A stretch of DNA of 64,000 bases from Candidatus Omnitrophota bacterium (GCA_018824145.1 JAHJHC010000090.1:349-64348); one strand, 5' to 3'; numbered from the stretch's first letter, positions 36,187 through 47,032 are shown. Made by a program: numbers and translations. The notes: generated by a model from the sequence alone, not told the origin.

Positions 36187-37353
36187 TCAAATCCCCTCAA
36201 ACCACTCTTCGAGCCTATCCATTCCCTTCTTGATATTGTCTATGCTCGTAGCAAAACTAAGTCTAATATGTCGGTCTGAACCAAATGCCTTGCCGGGGAT
36301 AACTGCAACCTTAACCTCTTCCAGAAGTCTCTCAGCCACCTGCATGCTAGAGAGGCCTTTTTTATCTATCCTGCAGAAGACATAAAAGGCGCCTTCCGGT
36401 TTCACACACGAAAGGCCTTTTATATTTCCTATCCGCTCAACGATATAATCTCTCCGGGTCTGGAATTGAATTACCATCTCTCTTACACTATCATCCCTTT
36501 CTCTAAGTGCCTTCAGGGCCGCTGCCTGACTTATAGAGGCAGGATTAGACGTGGAGTGACTCTGCAGGTTTTTTATAGCGGTCATTAACTCGCCATTACA
36601 AGACGCTAAATAGCCTATTCTCCATCCTGTCATAGAAAAACTCTTTGAAACCCCGTTTACAACTATGGTATTCTTGAAAATATTTTCGTCAATTGTCGCA
36701 ATAGAAACATGTTTTCTTCCTTCAAATATAATCTTCTCGTAAATCTCGTCGCTGATCACAAGGATATTATGTTTGAGAGCTATCTCTGCGATTTTTGCTA
36801 ATTCATCCTTATTATAGACACACCCGGTGGGATTCGAAGGGCTATTTAATATTAAGGCCTTTGTCTTTTTTGTAACGGAATTATTGAGTTTCGCAGGGGA
36901 TATCTTAAAATTACTCTCTTCGTCAGTTTCTATGATTATAGGCCTGGCGCTAGCCAGTCTTACCATCTCCGGATAACTCAACCAATAAGGTGCGGGTATT
37001 AATACTTCGTCATCCTGGTCACATATCGCCTGGAAGATATTATAAAGAGAATGCTTTGCTCCACATGAAACAACTATCTCGGACGGATCGTATTTGAGAT
37101 TATTATCCTTATATAACTTTTCACAAATTATTTTTTTTAATTCGTCGGTGCCGGAGGCAGGGGTATATTTCGTAAAACCTTCTTGGATTGCCTTTATGGC
37201 AGCTTCTTTAATATAAGACGGGGTATCAAAATCAGGTTCGCCAGAACCAAAGCTTACGACATCCACTCCCTCGGCCTTCATTTTCTTGGATTTGGCCGTG
37301 ATAGAGAGTGTAAGTGAGGCAGATATTTTTTTTACGCGCGAGGAAAGGTGCAT
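36187..37353 (-). CDS. aspC: aspartate aminotransferase (class I/II PLP-dependent)
   Basis: GEPDFDTP, NSPSNPTG, SDEIY, SKSFSMTGWRIG. Confidence 0.92.
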   Translation of the reverse strand: MHLSSRVKKISASLTLSITAKSKKMKAEGVDVVSFGSGEPDFDTPSYIKEAAIKAIQEGFTKYTPASGTDELKKIICEKLYKDNNLKYDPSEIVVSCGAKHSLYNIFQAICDQDDEVLIPAPYWLSYPEMVRLASARPIIIETDEESNFKISPAKLNNSVTKKTKALILNSPSNPTGCVYNKDELAKIAEIALKHNILVISDEIYEKIIFEGRKHVSIATIDENIFKNTIVVNGVSKSFSMTGWRIGYLASCNGELMTAIKNLQSHSTSNPASISQAAALKALRERDDSVREMVIQFQTRRDYIVERIGNIKGLSCVKPEGAFYVFCRIDKKGLSSMQVAERLLEEVKVAVIPGKAFGSDRHIRLSFATSIDNIKKGMDRLEEWFEGI

Positions 37354-37360
37354 GAAAAAT

Positions 37361-37410
37361 AGCTGTAAACTATAAGCTATGAGCTGTAAGGTTATAGCTT
37401 ATAGCTCTAT
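37361..37410. repeat. inverted heptamer array (AGCTRTA / TTATAGC)
   Basis: agctgta aactata agctatg agctgta ... ttatagc ttatagc. Confidence 0.7.
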
Positions 37411-37436
37411 GTATAAGTATCGAATATATTCTTGAA

Positions 37437-38051
37437 TTATTGATCTTTCTTCCGACCAAAGAATTTCTTGAAAAACCCAGGTTTCTGTATCGGTTTTTGC
37501 GGTTTTCGTGGTTCTTTTCTTGGATGTGGCACCTCTTTTTTAGGCTGTTCTTTTATCTCCTCCTTAACAATTTCCTCTTTTTTAACCTTGGCTTCTTCGG
37601 GAATTTGCTTCTTCTCTTTCGGTTCAAGTTGAGGAGGTTTATCTTTTTCCTTTGCCTTTTTCTTCTCTTCTTTTTTGGGAACAGGCTCTATCTTTGGCTT
37701 CTCGACAAATTCCAATATTGCCATCTGGGCCTTATCACCGCGTCTTTTACCAGTTAACATAACTCTTGTATAGCCGCCATTTCTATTTTTAAATAAAGGC
37801 GCTATTTCATTAAAGAGTATCGAGACTAATGTCTTATCGCGCAAAACACTATATGCCTTCCTCCTACTGGCAAGAGAATCCTTCCTCCCGACAGTAACAA
37901 GTTTGTCCATAAGCCTAGATGCCTCTTTTGCCTTAACTTTTGTCGTAGAGATACTTTTACTTATAATAAGGCCGGAGACTAATTGACGCAATGTCTGCTT
38001 GTAATGACTTTTTTGCCTTCCGAATCTAATAGTATTTTTGCGATGTCTCAT
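37437..38051 (-). CDS. rplQ: 50S ribosomal protein L17 with long C-terminal extension
   Basis: MRHRK, RNGGYTR, RRGDKAQMA; follows rpoA. Confidence 0.96.
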   Translation of the reverse strand: MRHRKNTIRFGRQKSHYKQTLRQLVSGLIISKSISTTKVKAKEASRLMDKLVTVGRKDSLASRRKAYSVLRDKTLVSILFNEIAPLFKNRNGGYTRVMLTGKRRGDKAQMAILEFVEKPKIEPVPKKEEKKKAKEKDKPPQLEPKEKKQIPEEAKVKKEEIVKEEIKEQPKKEVPHPRKEPRKPQKPIQKPGFFKKFFGRKKDQ

Positions 38052-38058
38052 GCTATCC

Positions 38059-39042
38059 TCATTTTCCCTTCTTTGTCTCCTTAGGCATCTCCATACCGAA
38101 AGAAAGCCCCATACCCTTCAATATCTCCTTTATTTCTGTAAGAGACTTCTTGCCGAAATTCCTGTATTGCAACATATCCTGTTCTGTTTTCCTGACTAAT
38201 TCCCCGATAGTCTTTATTCGCGCCTCCCTCAGACAATTGTTGCTTCTTACAGAAAGCTCCAATTCCGAAACCGGCAGATTTAACTTTTCCAATAACTCCT
38301 TGTCCTCCTTATTTTCTTCCTCTTCTTCTTCGACCTGGACCTCTCCGAGTTTAGAGAATATCTCGAGATGACGCTGCAAGATATGAGAGGCATACAAAAG
38401 CGCCTCTTTGGGATCTATACTACCGTTAGTCCAAATATTAATTATCAATCTGTCATAGTCTGTAATCTGACCGACACGGGTCTCTTCTACATGAAAATTC
38501 ACACGACGCACAGGCGCAAACACAGAATCCACAGGGATTATCCCTATAGCCTGACCTTCTTTTTTATTTCTCTCAGAAGAAACAAATCCCCGGCCTTTAC
38601 CTATCTCTAATTCCATATTGAAACTTGTATCTTTTGTAAGCGTGGCTATATGAAGGTCGGGATTGATTATCTCAACCGTATCATCGGTTATAATGTCTTT
38701 TGCCGTAACCTCACCCTTTTTCGAGGCCTTCAGATACAGTATCTTCGGCGTCCTCGAATGCGATCTCAATACAAGCTGTTTTATATTCAATACGATTTGC
38801 GGGATATCTTCTAAAACACCCGGTATTGTCGAGAACTCATGCAACACCCCGTCTATCTTTACCGATGTGACTGCAGCCCCTTCAATAGAAGATATAAGTA
38901 TGCGTCTCAAAGAATTACCTATTGTAGTCCCAAATCCCCGCTCAAACGGTTCTGCTATAAACTTTCCGTAACACTCTGAATAAGTCTTCTCATCACTCTC
39001 TAGCTTTTTAGGCATCTCAAATGTTTTCCAACTTATACCCAT
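38059..39042 (-). CDS. rpoA: RNA polymerase alpha subunit
   Basis: EPFERGFGTTIGNSLRRIL, LSVRSNNCL, NFGKKSL. Confidence 0.98.
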   Translation of the reverse strand: MGISWKTFEMPKKLESDEKTYSECYGKFIAEPFERGFGTTIGNSLRRILISSIEGAAVTSVKIDGVLHEFSTIPGVLEDIPQIVLNIKQLVLRSHSRTPKILYLKASKKGEVTAKDIITDDTVEIINPDLHIATLTKDTSFNMELEIGKGRGFVSSERNKKEGQAIGIIPVDSVFAPVRRVNFHVEETRVGQITDYDRLIINIWTNGSIDPKEALLYASHILQRHLEIFSKLGEVQVEEEEEENKEDKELLEKLNLPVSELELSVRSNNCLREARIKTIGELVRKTEQDMLQYRNFGKKSLTEIKEILKGMGLSFGMEMPKETKKGK

Positions 39043-39066
39043 TATTGGTCCTCCTTATTTAAAAAA

Positions 39067-39134
39067 ACTCTAAACACTAAACTCTAAATCCTAAACAAAC
39101 CCATTAGAGTTTAGAATTTTGGATTTAGTGTTTA
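39067..39134. repeat. inverted heptamer array (AnnCTAA / TAGnnTT)
   Basis: actctaa acactaa actctaa atcctaa ... tagagtt tagaatt ttggatt tagtgtt. Confidence 0.8.
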
Positions 39135-39137
39135 TAT

Positions 39138-39776
39138 TTATTTTGAATACAGCTCTACTATTAGTTGTTCCTGTATGTCCATACCGACATCTTTTCTCTC
39201 GGGACGGCGCGCAACTTCTATCTTAAGGCTTGTGAAGTCCGGCTTCAACCAATCAGGTACGCCTCTATCCTTGACATTCTCTATAATCTCTTTTACATTC
39301 TTTACTATTCTATCTTTTTGTTTTACCTGGATAACATCTCCTATCTTAATCGAATACGAAGGGATGTTTACCTTTCTATTATTGACCAATATAGCGCCGT
39401 GGCTAACCATCTGTCTGGCCTGTGTTCTGGAAACAGCAAAACATGACCTGAATATAACGCTGTCTAATCTTCTTTCCAAAAGCTCTAACAATCTCTCGCC
39501 GGTTACACCTTTCGAATGTGTTGCAAGCTTAAAATACCTCCTGAACTGCTTTTCCAATACGCCGTATATCTTCTTTACTTTCTGCTTTTCTTTTAATTGC
39601 AGGCCATAGTTGGAAATCTTAGTCCTTCTACCTTTTCCGCCTTTTCCGTGTTGGCCCGGAGGATAGCTCCTTCTATCAAAGGCGCATTTATCGGTATAAC
39701 ACCTAGTGCCTTTTAAAAAAAGTTTCAAACCTCTACGTCTACAAACTCTGCATGATGATCTCGTGTAACGTGCCAT
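39138..39776 (-). CDS. rpsD: 30S ribosomal protein S4
   Basis: MARY, PPGQHG, LERRLD, IVELYSK. Confidence 0.98.
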   Translation of the reverse strand: MARYTRSSCRVCRRRGLKLFLKGTRCYTDKCAFDRRSYPPGQHGKGGKGRRTKISNYGLQLKEKQKVKKIYGVLEKQFRRYFKLATHSKGVTGERLLELLERRLDSVIFRSCFAVSRTQARQMVSHGAILVNNRKVNIPSYSIKIGDVIQVKQKDRIVKNVKEIIENVKDRGVPDWLKPDFTSLKIEVARRPERKDVGMDIQEQLIVELYSK

Positions 39777-39823
39777 TTATAACTCCCTCTTTAATATCAA
39801 TGTTAAATCTGAATGACAAGAAA

Positions 39824-39923
39824 CTCAAAAGTAAAAACGCAAAAGTAAAAACCACAACTAAAAATTCAAAACTTTTTACTTTTAACTTGCAGTTTTACCT
39901 TTTTACTTTTGACTTTTTACTTT
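39824..39923. repeat. inverted heptamer array (GTAAAAA / TTTTTAC)
   Basis: ctcaaaa gtaaaaa cgcaaaa gtaaaaa ... tttttac ttttaac ... ttttact tttgact ttttact. Confidence 0.8.
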
Positions 39924-39927
39924 ATCT

Positions 39928-40314
39928 CTACACCCTTCTCCTCTTCGGTGGCCTGCAGCCATTATGTGGGATAGGCGTAACATCTATTATAGCGCTTATA
40001 CGTAACCCCGCTGCCTGTATAGCCCTTATTGCTGATTCCCGTCCCGAACCAGGTCCTTTCACAAACACCTCAACATCCTTAAGGCCATGTTCAAGGGCTT
40101 TCTTAGCAGCATTTTTAGCAGTAATCTGTGCGGCAAAAGGCGTTGACTTTTTAGACCCTTTAAAGCCACATGCCCCACAACTAGACCATACCACTACATT
40201 CCCATTCTTGTCTGTTATAGTCACAATCGTGTTATTAAATGTCGCTAAGACATGAGCGACCCCACTCGTAATATTTTTCGAAGCCTTTTTCTTTGTTTTT
40301 CTCTTCTCTGCCAT
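39928..40314 (-). CDS. rpsK: 30S ribosomal protein S11
   Basis: [23 protein letters not shown]. Confidence 0.98.
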   Translation of the reverse strand: MAEKRKTKKKASKNITSGVAHVLATFNNTIVTITDKNGNVVVWSSCGACGFKGSKKSTPFAAQITAKNAAKKALEHGLKDVEVFVKGPGSGRESAIRAIQAAGLRISAIIDVTPIPHNGCRPPKRRRV

Positions 40315-40333
40315 GTTTACTCCTTATAACAAG

Positions 40334-40738
40334 TTATCCTTCTGCCGGAGCTGCTGCTGCCTGGCTCTTTCCTTTTCTAGTCACGCCAACAGTCTTTCTC
40401 GGTCCTTTCCTAGTCCTCGCATTCGACTTTGTCCTCTGCCCTCTGACAGGTAAAGACCTCCTGTGTCTAAAACCCCTATAAGATCCTATATCTATAAGCC
40501 GCTTTATATTCTGGGAAGTATCTCTTCTTAGATCTCCCTCGACTTTATATTCTTTTTGTATAACCGCGGCAATCCTCGAGACCTCTTCTTCTTTGAGATC
40601 TTTGGCCCTTGTATCAAGATTAACACCTGCGGATTTCAGTATCTTGCCTGAAGACGAACGTCCTATCCCATAAATATAAGTCAGGGCTATCTCTATACGT
40701 TTTTCTTTTGGTAAATCAATGCCTGCAATTCGAGCCAT
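40334..40738 (-). CDS. rpsM: 30S ribosomal protein S13
   Basis: [14 protein letters not shown]. Confidence 0.98.
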   Translation of the reverse strand: MARIAGIDLPKEKRIEIALTYIYGIGRSSSGKILKSAGVNLDTRAKDLKEEEVSRIAAVIQKEYKVEGDLRRDTSQNIKRLIDIGSYRGFRHRRSLPVRGQRTKSNARTRKGPRKTVGVTRKGKSQAAAAPAEG

Positions 40739-40754
40739 AATTTTGTACTCCTTA

Positions 40755-40868
40755 TCACCCTTGTCTCTGCTTATGCTTCGGATCTGTGCAAATCACCCTT
40801 ATGATGCCTTTACGCTTGATAATCTTGCACCTATCACAAACTGTTTTTACAGACGCTTTGACTTTCAT
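40755..40868 (-). CDS. rpmJ: 50S ribosomal protein L36, absent from the ORF track
   Basis: [37 protein letters not shown]. Confidence 0.97.
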   Translation of the reverse strand: MKVKASVKTVCDRCKIIKRKGIIRVICTDPKHKQRQG

Positions 40869-41087
40869 TTATTTCACCCTGTATATTATCCTTCCCCTTG
40901 TTAAATCATATGGCGAAAGTTCCATTTTTACTTTATCGCCCGGCAAGATCTTTATAAAATTCATCCTCATCTTTCCAGATACATGGGCAAGCACCTTATG
41001 ACCGTTTTCCAACTCTACTCTGAACATTGCATTTGGCAATGACTCCAGAACTGTACCTTCTACTTCTATTGAATCTTCTTTTGGCAT
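40869..41087 (-). CDS. infA: translation initiation factor IF-1
   Basis: [25 protein letters not shown]; start reassigned to MPKED. Confidence 0.97.
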   Translation of the reverse strand: MPKEDSIEVEGTVLESLPNAMFRVELENGHKVLAHVSGKMRMNFIKILPGDKVKMELSPYDLTRGRIIYRVK

Positions 41088-41098
41088 AAGCGATTCCT

Positions 41099-41842
41099 CT
41101 ATGTCAATATTACCGGCTCCCCATCCATGACACAAACCGTATGCTCGAAATGGGCCGACAATTTTCTATCTCTTGTCACAGATGTCCATCCATCGCTAAG
41201 TATCTCTATCTCATATCTCCCTTCATTAACCATTGGCTCTATAGCAAGGACCATTCCCTTTTTCAATCTAGGCCCGGTCCCGGCTTTGCCAAAATTGGGT
41301 ATTTCCGGTTCCTCGTGCATCTTTTTTCCTATGCCATGCCCTACAAAATCCCGTACAATCGAATATCCACGGCCTTCTACATATTCCTGTATCGCATGCG
41401 AGATATCAAAAAGCCTATTACCCTCTACTGCTTTTTCTATGCCTACAGATAAGGCCTTTTCTGTAACCTTGATTAATCTTCTAGCCTCTTTAGTAACCGA
41501 AGTCCCTATCTCTATCGTACAAGCAGCATCTGCGTAAAATCCGCATTTTGCAACTCCGACGTCAATACTTAATATATCCCCTGTTTTGAGCCTTGTTTTA
41601 CCAGGGATACCATGAACAACCTGTTCATTTATTGAAACGCATATGTTACCAGGGAATCCCTTGTAACCTTTAAAAGCGCTCTTTGCGTCAAAATCTTTTA
41701 TTATAATCTCTGCTTTCTTATCAAGCTCTCGTGTCGTTACCTCTGGTAAGGCAATCTTCTCAATTTCCTGAAGGACAACTCTTACTATACTGCCTGCTTT
41801 TTTAATAAGCGCTATCTCATCTTCAGACTTTATATCTATCAT
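41099..41842 (-). CDS. map: methionine aminopeptidase type I
   Basis: VVHGIP, GHGIG, HEEP, AIEPM, AHFEHT. Confidence 0.97.
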   Translation of the reverse strand: MIDIKSEDEIALIKKAGSIVRVVLQEIEKIALPEVTTRELDKKAEIIIKDFDAKSAFKGYKGFPGNICVSINEQVVHGIPGKTRLKTGDILSIDVGVAKCGFYADAACTIEIGTSVTKEARRLIKVTEKALSVGIEKAVEGNRLFDISHAIQEYVEGRGYSIVRDFVGHGIGKKMHEEPEIPNFGKAGTGPRLKKGMVLAIEPMVNEGRYEIEILSDGWTSVTRDRKLSAHFEHTVCVMDGEPVILT

Positions 41843-42486
41843 TCTTTCTTCAGTATATCTTTCAACTTTTCGTAGACCTTATCTGCTTCCAAATCCCCTG
41901 AGACCTCTTTCAGTATCCCCTTTGCCCCATAGTAATCTATCAGTTCCTTCGTCTGCGTATTATAAACCTCAAGCCTCTTTTCTATAGTTTCCTTATTGTC
42001 ATCTTTTCTCAGGTAAAGTTCGCCGCCGCACTTATCGCATAACCCCTTCTCTCGGGGTGGCATATTCACAATATGATAATTAGCGCCGCAGTCCTTGCAA
42101 AGTCTCCTTCCTGTAAGTCTAAATATAACCGTGTCAATGCTGGTCCTGAAATATATTACAAGATCAATAGGTAAATTCAATCTATCAAGCTCAATATCCA
42201 ATTTCTTAGCCTGATATAGGGTCCTGGGAAAGCCGTCTAGTATAAAACCTCTGCCTTTATCACCTGAGTTAATCTTTTCAAGCATCATCTCGATAACCAT
42301 GCCATCAGGTACGAGTTCCCCTTTTTCCATAAAGGACTGGGCCTTCTTACCGATAAAAGTCACCTCCTTTACATTTTCCCTCAATATATCGCCTGTCGAA
42401 AGATGCTCAAACTGTTCTCTATCCGAAAGCATATTCGCCTGAGTACCTTTACCTGCCCCTGGCGGACCTAATAGAACCATCCTCAT
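41839..42486 (-). CDS. adk: adenylate kinase with Zn-type lid
   Basis: GPPGAGKGTQ, LDGFPRT, CKDC..CDKC. Confidence 0.97.
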   Translation of the reverse strand: MRMVLLGPPGAGKGTQANMLSDREQFEHLSTGDILRENVKEVTFIGKKAQSFMEKGELVPDGMVIEMMLEKINSGDKGRGFILDGFPRTLYQAKKLDIELDRLNLPIDLVIYFRTSIDTVIFRLTGRRLCKDCGANYHIVNMPPREKGLCDKCGGELYLRKDDNKETIEKRLEVYNTQTKELIDYYGAKGILKEVSGDLEADKVYEKLKDILKKE

Positions 42487-42496
42487 AGTCTAATCG

Positions 42497-43843
42497 CTAC
42501 CTTCTTCCCCTGATCCTTCCCTTCTTCATAAACCCTTCGTAGTGTCTCATCAAAAGTTGAGACTCAACCTGTCGCATTGTATCTAACATAACTCCGACTA
42601 CGATCAAAAGAGCAGTCCCTCCAAAAAAGCTTGCTATTAAATAAGGTATCTTTAACCACGCGCCCAGCATATCAGGAAAAACCGCTATAAAAGCCAGGAA
42701 TATCGCGCCCGGCAAGGTAATCCTTGTTATGATAAAATCAAAATATTCTGCAGTACGCTTCCCTGGCCTGACCCCCGGAACAAAACCCCCGTATTTTTTC
42801 ATATTGTCAGCTACATCGGCAGGATTGAATGTTATAGCAGTATAAAAATAAGCAAAAAATATAATCAATAGACTATATATAACTGTATACAAGACCTGGC
42901 CTCTCACAAGAGATTGTGCTATCCTTTGCAGCCCTGGATTTGGTATAAACCCTGCTATTGTTGCGGGAAACAATATCAAAGATTGAGCAAATATTATAGG
43001 GATAACGCCTGCTTGGTTTACCCTCAATGGTATATAAGTACTCTGTCCGCCATAAACCTTCCTCCCTATAATCCTCTTTGCATATTGCACCGGTATTCTC
43101 CGCTGTCCCTGAGTAATTAAAATAACAGCGATGATTACCAATACACCTATAGCGGACATCAAGACAATCGTAAATATATTGATCTGCCTCTTTTCCGGCG
43201 CAAAAGGCGAAACCAACGCAAATACCTGGTAAAGAGCAGATGGCAACCTGGAAATAATACCCGCTGTTATAATCAGAGATATACCATTTCCTATCCCACG
43301 CTCCTGGATCTGTTCTCCTAGCCACATTATAAAAGCAGTCCCTGTCGTAAGGGTAATAACAGTCAAAAATCTGAACGCCCAACCAGGGTTCTCAACTATT
43401 GTAAGCCCTTGAAATCTGGCCGGGTTTTCGAGCCAGACACTGATAAAAAATGACTGAATGATAGCAAGTACCACTGTGCCATAACGCGTATACTGTATTA
43501 TCTTACGTCTGCCTGATTCGCCTTCTTTTGACAATTTTTCGAGATGCGGCACGACAGTAACTAAAAGTTGCAGTATAATAGAAGCTGATATGTACGGCAT
43601 TATACCCAACGCAAATATAGTCAAACGTGTCAATGCGCCTCCGGAAAACATATTCATTATGCCAAATAATGTCCCGCCCTGCGCCTTGGTCACGTTTTCA
43701 AAAAACTGCATGAGTTGTGCCCCGTTCACTCCGGGGGTCGGAATATAAGCGCCAATCCTATAAACACTAAGAAGAATAAGCGTTATAAATAATTTTTTTC
43801 GAAGGTCAGGTATTTTAAACGAATTAGCTAAGGCCTTAAACAT
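42497..43843 (-). CDS. secY: preprotein translocase subunit SecY
   Basis: LGIMPYISASII, GIGNGIS, PGVRPG, FGGTALLI. Confidence 0.98.
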   Translation of the reverse strand: MFKALANSFKIPDLRKKLFITLILLSVYRIGAYIPTPGVNGAQLMQFFENVTKAQGGTLFGIMNMFSGGALTRLTIFALGIMPYISASIILQLLVTVVPHLEKLSKEGESGRRKIIQYTRYGTVVLAIIQSFFISVWLENPARFQGLTIVENPGWAFRFLTVITLTTGTAFIMWLGEQIQERGIGNGISLIITAGIISRLPSALYQVFALVSPFAPEKRQINIFTIVLMSAIGVLVIIAVILITQGQRRIPVQYAKRIIGRKVYGGQSTYIPLRVNQAGVIPIIFAQSLILFPATIAGFIPNPGLQRIAQSLVRGQVLYTVIYSLLIIFFAYFYTAITFNPADVADNMKKYGGFVPGVRPGKRTAEYFDFIITRITLPGAIFLAFIAVFPDMLGAWLKIPYLIASFFGGTALLIVVGVMLDTMRQVESQLLMRHYEGFMKKGRIRGRR

Positions 43844-43865
43844 ATCTTTCTTTCTTAACTAGCAA

Positions 43866-44309
43866 CTAATCTATTATCTCGCACTTTCCCCCGACGCTAG
43901 TAATTTTTTCGCGCGCGGTTTTAGAAAAGGCGTGTGCTTTTATGGTTATAGGGACATTGATTTGGCCGTCCCCTAAAATCTTTACAAAATTCACAGGACC
44001 TTTAATTATGCCTTTTTCCTTCAATAAGTCAGGCGTTATGGAGCTTTGTTTTTTCAATTTTGCAAGCTTTTCAAAATTGACAATATGATATCCTTTAGTC
44101 GGCCTTTTATTAAAGCCTCTTTTTGGCATCTTCCTTATTAAAGGCATCTGCCCCCCTTCAAAGCCAGGCGTTATACCTTTACCAGTACGTGACATCTGCC
44201 CTTTATGACCCCTGGTAGATGTCTTGCCATGACCTGAACCGGGCCCTCTGCCAACTATCTTTCTTCTTTTCTTAGCACCAACTGCTGGTCTTAAGTCTTC
44301 GATTTTCAT
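43866..44309 (-). CDS. rplO: 50S ribosomal protein L15
   Basis: [18 protein letters not shown]. Confidence 0.98.
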   Translation of the reverse strand: MKIEDLRPAVGAKKRRKIVGRGPGSGHGKTSTRGHKGQMSRTGKGITPGFEGGQMPLIRKMPKRGFNKRPTKGYHIVNFEKLAKLKKQSSITPDLLKEKGIIKGPVNFVKILGDGQINVPITIKAHAFSKTAREKITSVGGKCEIID

Positions 44310-44812
44310 TCTGTTTTATCCCGTTCCAGCCTTAACTGTTTCAACCCCTCTAAAGTCGCCTTTGTTACATTAATCGGATTCTGCGTACCCAATGATTTTG
44401 TAAGTATATCCTTTATTCCCGCAGCGTCACATATGGCACGCACAGTACCACCAGCTATAACTCCAGTCCCTTCAGATGCGGGCTTCAAAAGAACCTTTCC
44501 TGCACCAAAATGACCTAACACTTGGTGAGGTATGGTCTTTCCTTTCAGATTCACTACAAAGAAATTCTTCTTAGCATTCGATAGAGCCTTTCGTATCGCA
44601 TCAGAGACTTCATTAGCCTTGCCGTATCCACAGCCAACTTTTCCAGCGCCGTTACCTACTGTCACTAATGCAGTAAATGAAAATCTCTTACCGCCCTTAA
44701 CAACCTTTGAGACCCTATTAACAGTTATAACCTTTTCTATAAACTGTTCCTCTCGCGAGTCTTCAATCTTTTCTATAAGCTTGTCTTTTACCTTTTGTTT
44801 ATTTATCAACAT
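44306..44812 (-). CDS. rpsE: 30S ribosomal protein S5
   Basis: [19 protein letters not shown]. Confidence 0.98.
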   Translation of the reverse strand: MLINKQKVKDKLIEKIEDSREEQFIEKVITVNRVSKVVKGGKRFSFTALVTVGNGAGKVGCGYGKANEVSDAIRKALSNAKKNFFVVNLKGKTIPHQVLGHFGAGKVLLKPASEGTGVIAGGTVRAICDAAGIKDILTKSLGTQNPINVTKATLEGLKQLRLERDKTE

Positions 44813-44818
44813 AGCCTC

Positions 44819-45196
44819 CTAAAATTTCAATCCAGCCTCTCTCACTGAATCAGCTAATGTCTTTATACGACCATGATATAAATAGCCGCTCCTGTCAAAT
44901 ATAACATGTTCAAGGCCTTTTTTCTTTGCCTCCCGATATACATAAGCGCCAAATTTCTTGGCTGCAGCTATATTCCCTCCGAAACCACATTCCTTTTTAA
45001 ACTCTTTGTCATTGGTAGAAAGTGAAAGCAATGTAATACTGGATATGTCATCTATAAACTGTATATATAAATTCTTATGGCTTCTGTGGATGTTAAGTCG
45101 GGGCCTCTGGTTTGTACCAGAAACAGTCTTCCTGATCCTGTAATGTCTTTTTATTCTCCCTAATTCTGCTTTATTTTTTACCTTTTTTATTATCAT
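44819..45196 (-). CDS. rplR: 50S ribosomal protein L18
   Basis: RPRL, FDRSGYLYHGR. Confidence 0.97.
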   Translation of the reverse strand: MIIKKVKNKAELGRIKRHYRIRKTVSGTNQRPRLNIHRSHKNLYIQFIDDISSITLLSLSTNDKEFKKECGFGGNIAAAKKFGAYVYREAKKKGLEHVIFDRSGYLYHGRIKTLADSVREAGLKF

Positions 45197-45729
45197 GCTA
45201 CTGCCTTCCCTGCCTTTTTCCTTACATATTCACCCTTATATCTAATACCCTTACCTTTATACGGTTCAGGAACCAAATAACTCCTTATTTCAGCTGCCAA
45301 TTCTCCCACCTTTACCTTGTCAATACCCTCTATAACAATCTGGTTTGGCTTAGGTGTCTTTACACTGATCCCTTCAGGTATTGGATGTCCTATGGGATGG
45401 GAATATCCTAACTGCAAATTTATAGCCTTTCCCTGAACCTGGGCACGATACCCAACACCATGAATCTCAAGGGCCTTTGTATATCCCTCAGTTACGCCTT
45501 TTATCATATTACTGATACATGTCCTTACCGTTCCATGCATGGAATAGCTGATTTTATCCTCTTTACGTCTATTTACTATAACTTGTGAACCATCTATTTT
45601 TACCTCAATTTCTTTAGGGAAATCCCAAACGAGTTTACCCTTGGGGCCCTCTACAGAAATCTTTCCTGATTCTATCATAACTTTAACTTTATCCGGAACT
45701 TGAATTGGTTTTTTACCTACTCGCGACAT
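45193..45729 (-). CDS. rplF: 50S ribosomal protein L6
   Basis: MSRVGK, GVGYR, PEPYKGKG. Confidence 0.98.
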   Translation of the reverse strand: MSRVGKKPIQVPDKVKVMIESGKISVEGPKGKLVWDFPKEIEVKIDGSQVIVNRRKEDKISYSMHGTVRTCISNMIKGVTEGYTKALEIHGVGYRAQVQGKAINLQLGYSHPIGHPIPEGISVKTPKPNQIVIEGIDKVKVGELAAEIRSYLVPEPYKGKGIRYKGEYVRKKAGKAVA

Positions 45730-45731
45730 TC

Positions 45732-45810
45732 AAATGAACACTTGTTTTACTAAAATCTCCGATTTTCGTAAAACAATCTCCTCTGTTTAACTTCTTTGAA
45801 GGTGTGAATT
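45732..45810. repeat. 79-nt structured repeat, copy A
   Basis: 57/79 gapless identity to 54210-54288 with compensatory stem changes. Confidence 0.85.
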
Positions 45811-46207
45811 ACCAAACATGGCAAAGCACTTCTCCGCCGGTCTGCATCTCCTTTGCCTGCATATCTGTCACAACACCTCTGGAAGTAGATAAAATAGCTG
45901 TACCTATCCCCCCCAGTACCTTAGGGATTTTATCTTTCTTAACGTAAGTCCTTAAACCAGGCTTTGAAATTCTCTTCAAACCTATAATAGCAGGCGTCCC
46001 TGTCTTTGTATATTTCAAATACACCCTTATCAGTCCTTGTTTCTTATCATCCATAAATTTGAAATCCTTTATGAATTTCTCCCTTTTAAGGATACTAAAT
46101 ATCTCCTGCGAAATCTTGGAAAACGGGACGTCTACCTTTGTCTTCCTGGACATAATTCCGTTTCTTACTATAGTTAACGCATTAGCAATTGGGTCTGTTA
46201 AAGTCAT
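45809..46207 (-). CDS. rpsH: 30S ribosomal protein S8
   Basis: TDPIA, ISKPGLR, STSRG. Confidence 0.98.
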   Translation of the reverse strand: MTLTDPIANALTIVRNGIMSRKTKVDVPFSKISQEIFSILKREKFIKDFKFMDDKKQGLIRVYLKYTKTGTPAIIGLKRISKPGLRTYVKKDKIPKVLGGIGTAILSTSRGVVTDMQAKEMQTGGEVLCHVW

Positions 46208-46268
46208 GTTTGCTCCTCTTATATAGCACCTTTTGATACTGGATCAAACTTTGGTATTAACTCGTGTA

Positions 46269-46454
46269 CTACCAGCTGGCCTTAGTTATGCCAGGGATAT
46301 CGCCTCTTGAGGCCTTCTCCCTAAAACAAATACGGCACATTTGAAATTTTCTTAAATACCCGCGCCGCCTGCCACACAATTGGCATCTATTGTATCCTCT
46401 CACTTTAAACTTAGGAATCTTCTTCTGTTTTGCTATTAAACATTCTTTTGCCAT
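46269..46454 (-). CDS. rpsN: 30S ribosomal protein S14 (type Z)
   Basis: [19 protein letters not shown]; start reassigned to MAKE. Confidence 0.97.
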   Translation of the reverse strand: MAKECLIAKQKKIPKFKVRGYNRCQLCGRRRGYLRKFQMCRICFREKASRGDIPGITKASW

Positions 46455-46473
46455 ATTTTCTACTATAGTTCTC

Positions 46474-47028
46474 CTATTTCTTAGGTTCGCCTGCAAACGG
46501 CATACCAAATATCTTCAACAATAGGTAAGACTCTTCTTTACTTCTAGATCTTATATTTACAATAATATCCATACCCTGAAGCCTACTTACTTTATCAATA
46601 TCTATTTCCGGGAATATAGTCTGTTCTCTCAAGCCTAAAGAATAATTTCCCTTTTGGTCAAATGAGTTAGGCGACACTCCTCGGAAATCCCTGATTCTAG
46701 GCAATGCTATATTTATAAGCCTATCCAAAAACTCATACATTATCGCACCGCGTAATGTCACCTTACATCCGACAGGTATCCCTTTACGTATTTTAAAGTT
46801 TGCGATTGACTTTTTAGCCCTTGTCAACACACTTTTCTGACCTGATATAGTCGAAAGATCTTTCATGGCCTGTTCTATAATTTTTATATCCTGACTTCCG
46901 GCCCCGACACCCATATTCAAAACTATTTTTTGTATGCACGGGGCCTGTAACGGATTTTTATAACCGAATTTAGAACCCAACTCCGCGACTATCTCTTCTT
47001 TATATCTCTGCAATAACCTCGGTATCAT
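46474..47028 (-). CDS. rplE: 50S ribosomal protein L5
   Basis: [18 protein letters not shown]. Confidence 0.98.
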   Translation of the reverse strand: MIPRLLQRYKEEIVAELGSKFGYKNPLQAPCIQKIVLNMGVGAGSQDIKIIEQAMKDLSTISGQKSVLTRAKKSIANFKIRKGIPVGCKVTLRGAIMYEFLDRLINIALPRIRDFRGVSPNSFDQKGNYSLGLREQTIFPEIDIDKVSRLQGMDIIVNIRSRSKEESYLLLKIFGMPFAGEPKK

Positions 47029-47032
47029 AACT

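Noticed and set aside
39067-39923. Heptamer arrays as CRISPR repeats
   Set aside because: There are no 23-50 nt repeats with unique spacers and no cas genes
42873-43382. 169-aa same-strand alternate-frame ORF within secY
   Set aside because: It lies entirely inside a conserved gene and has no RBS or recognisable motif
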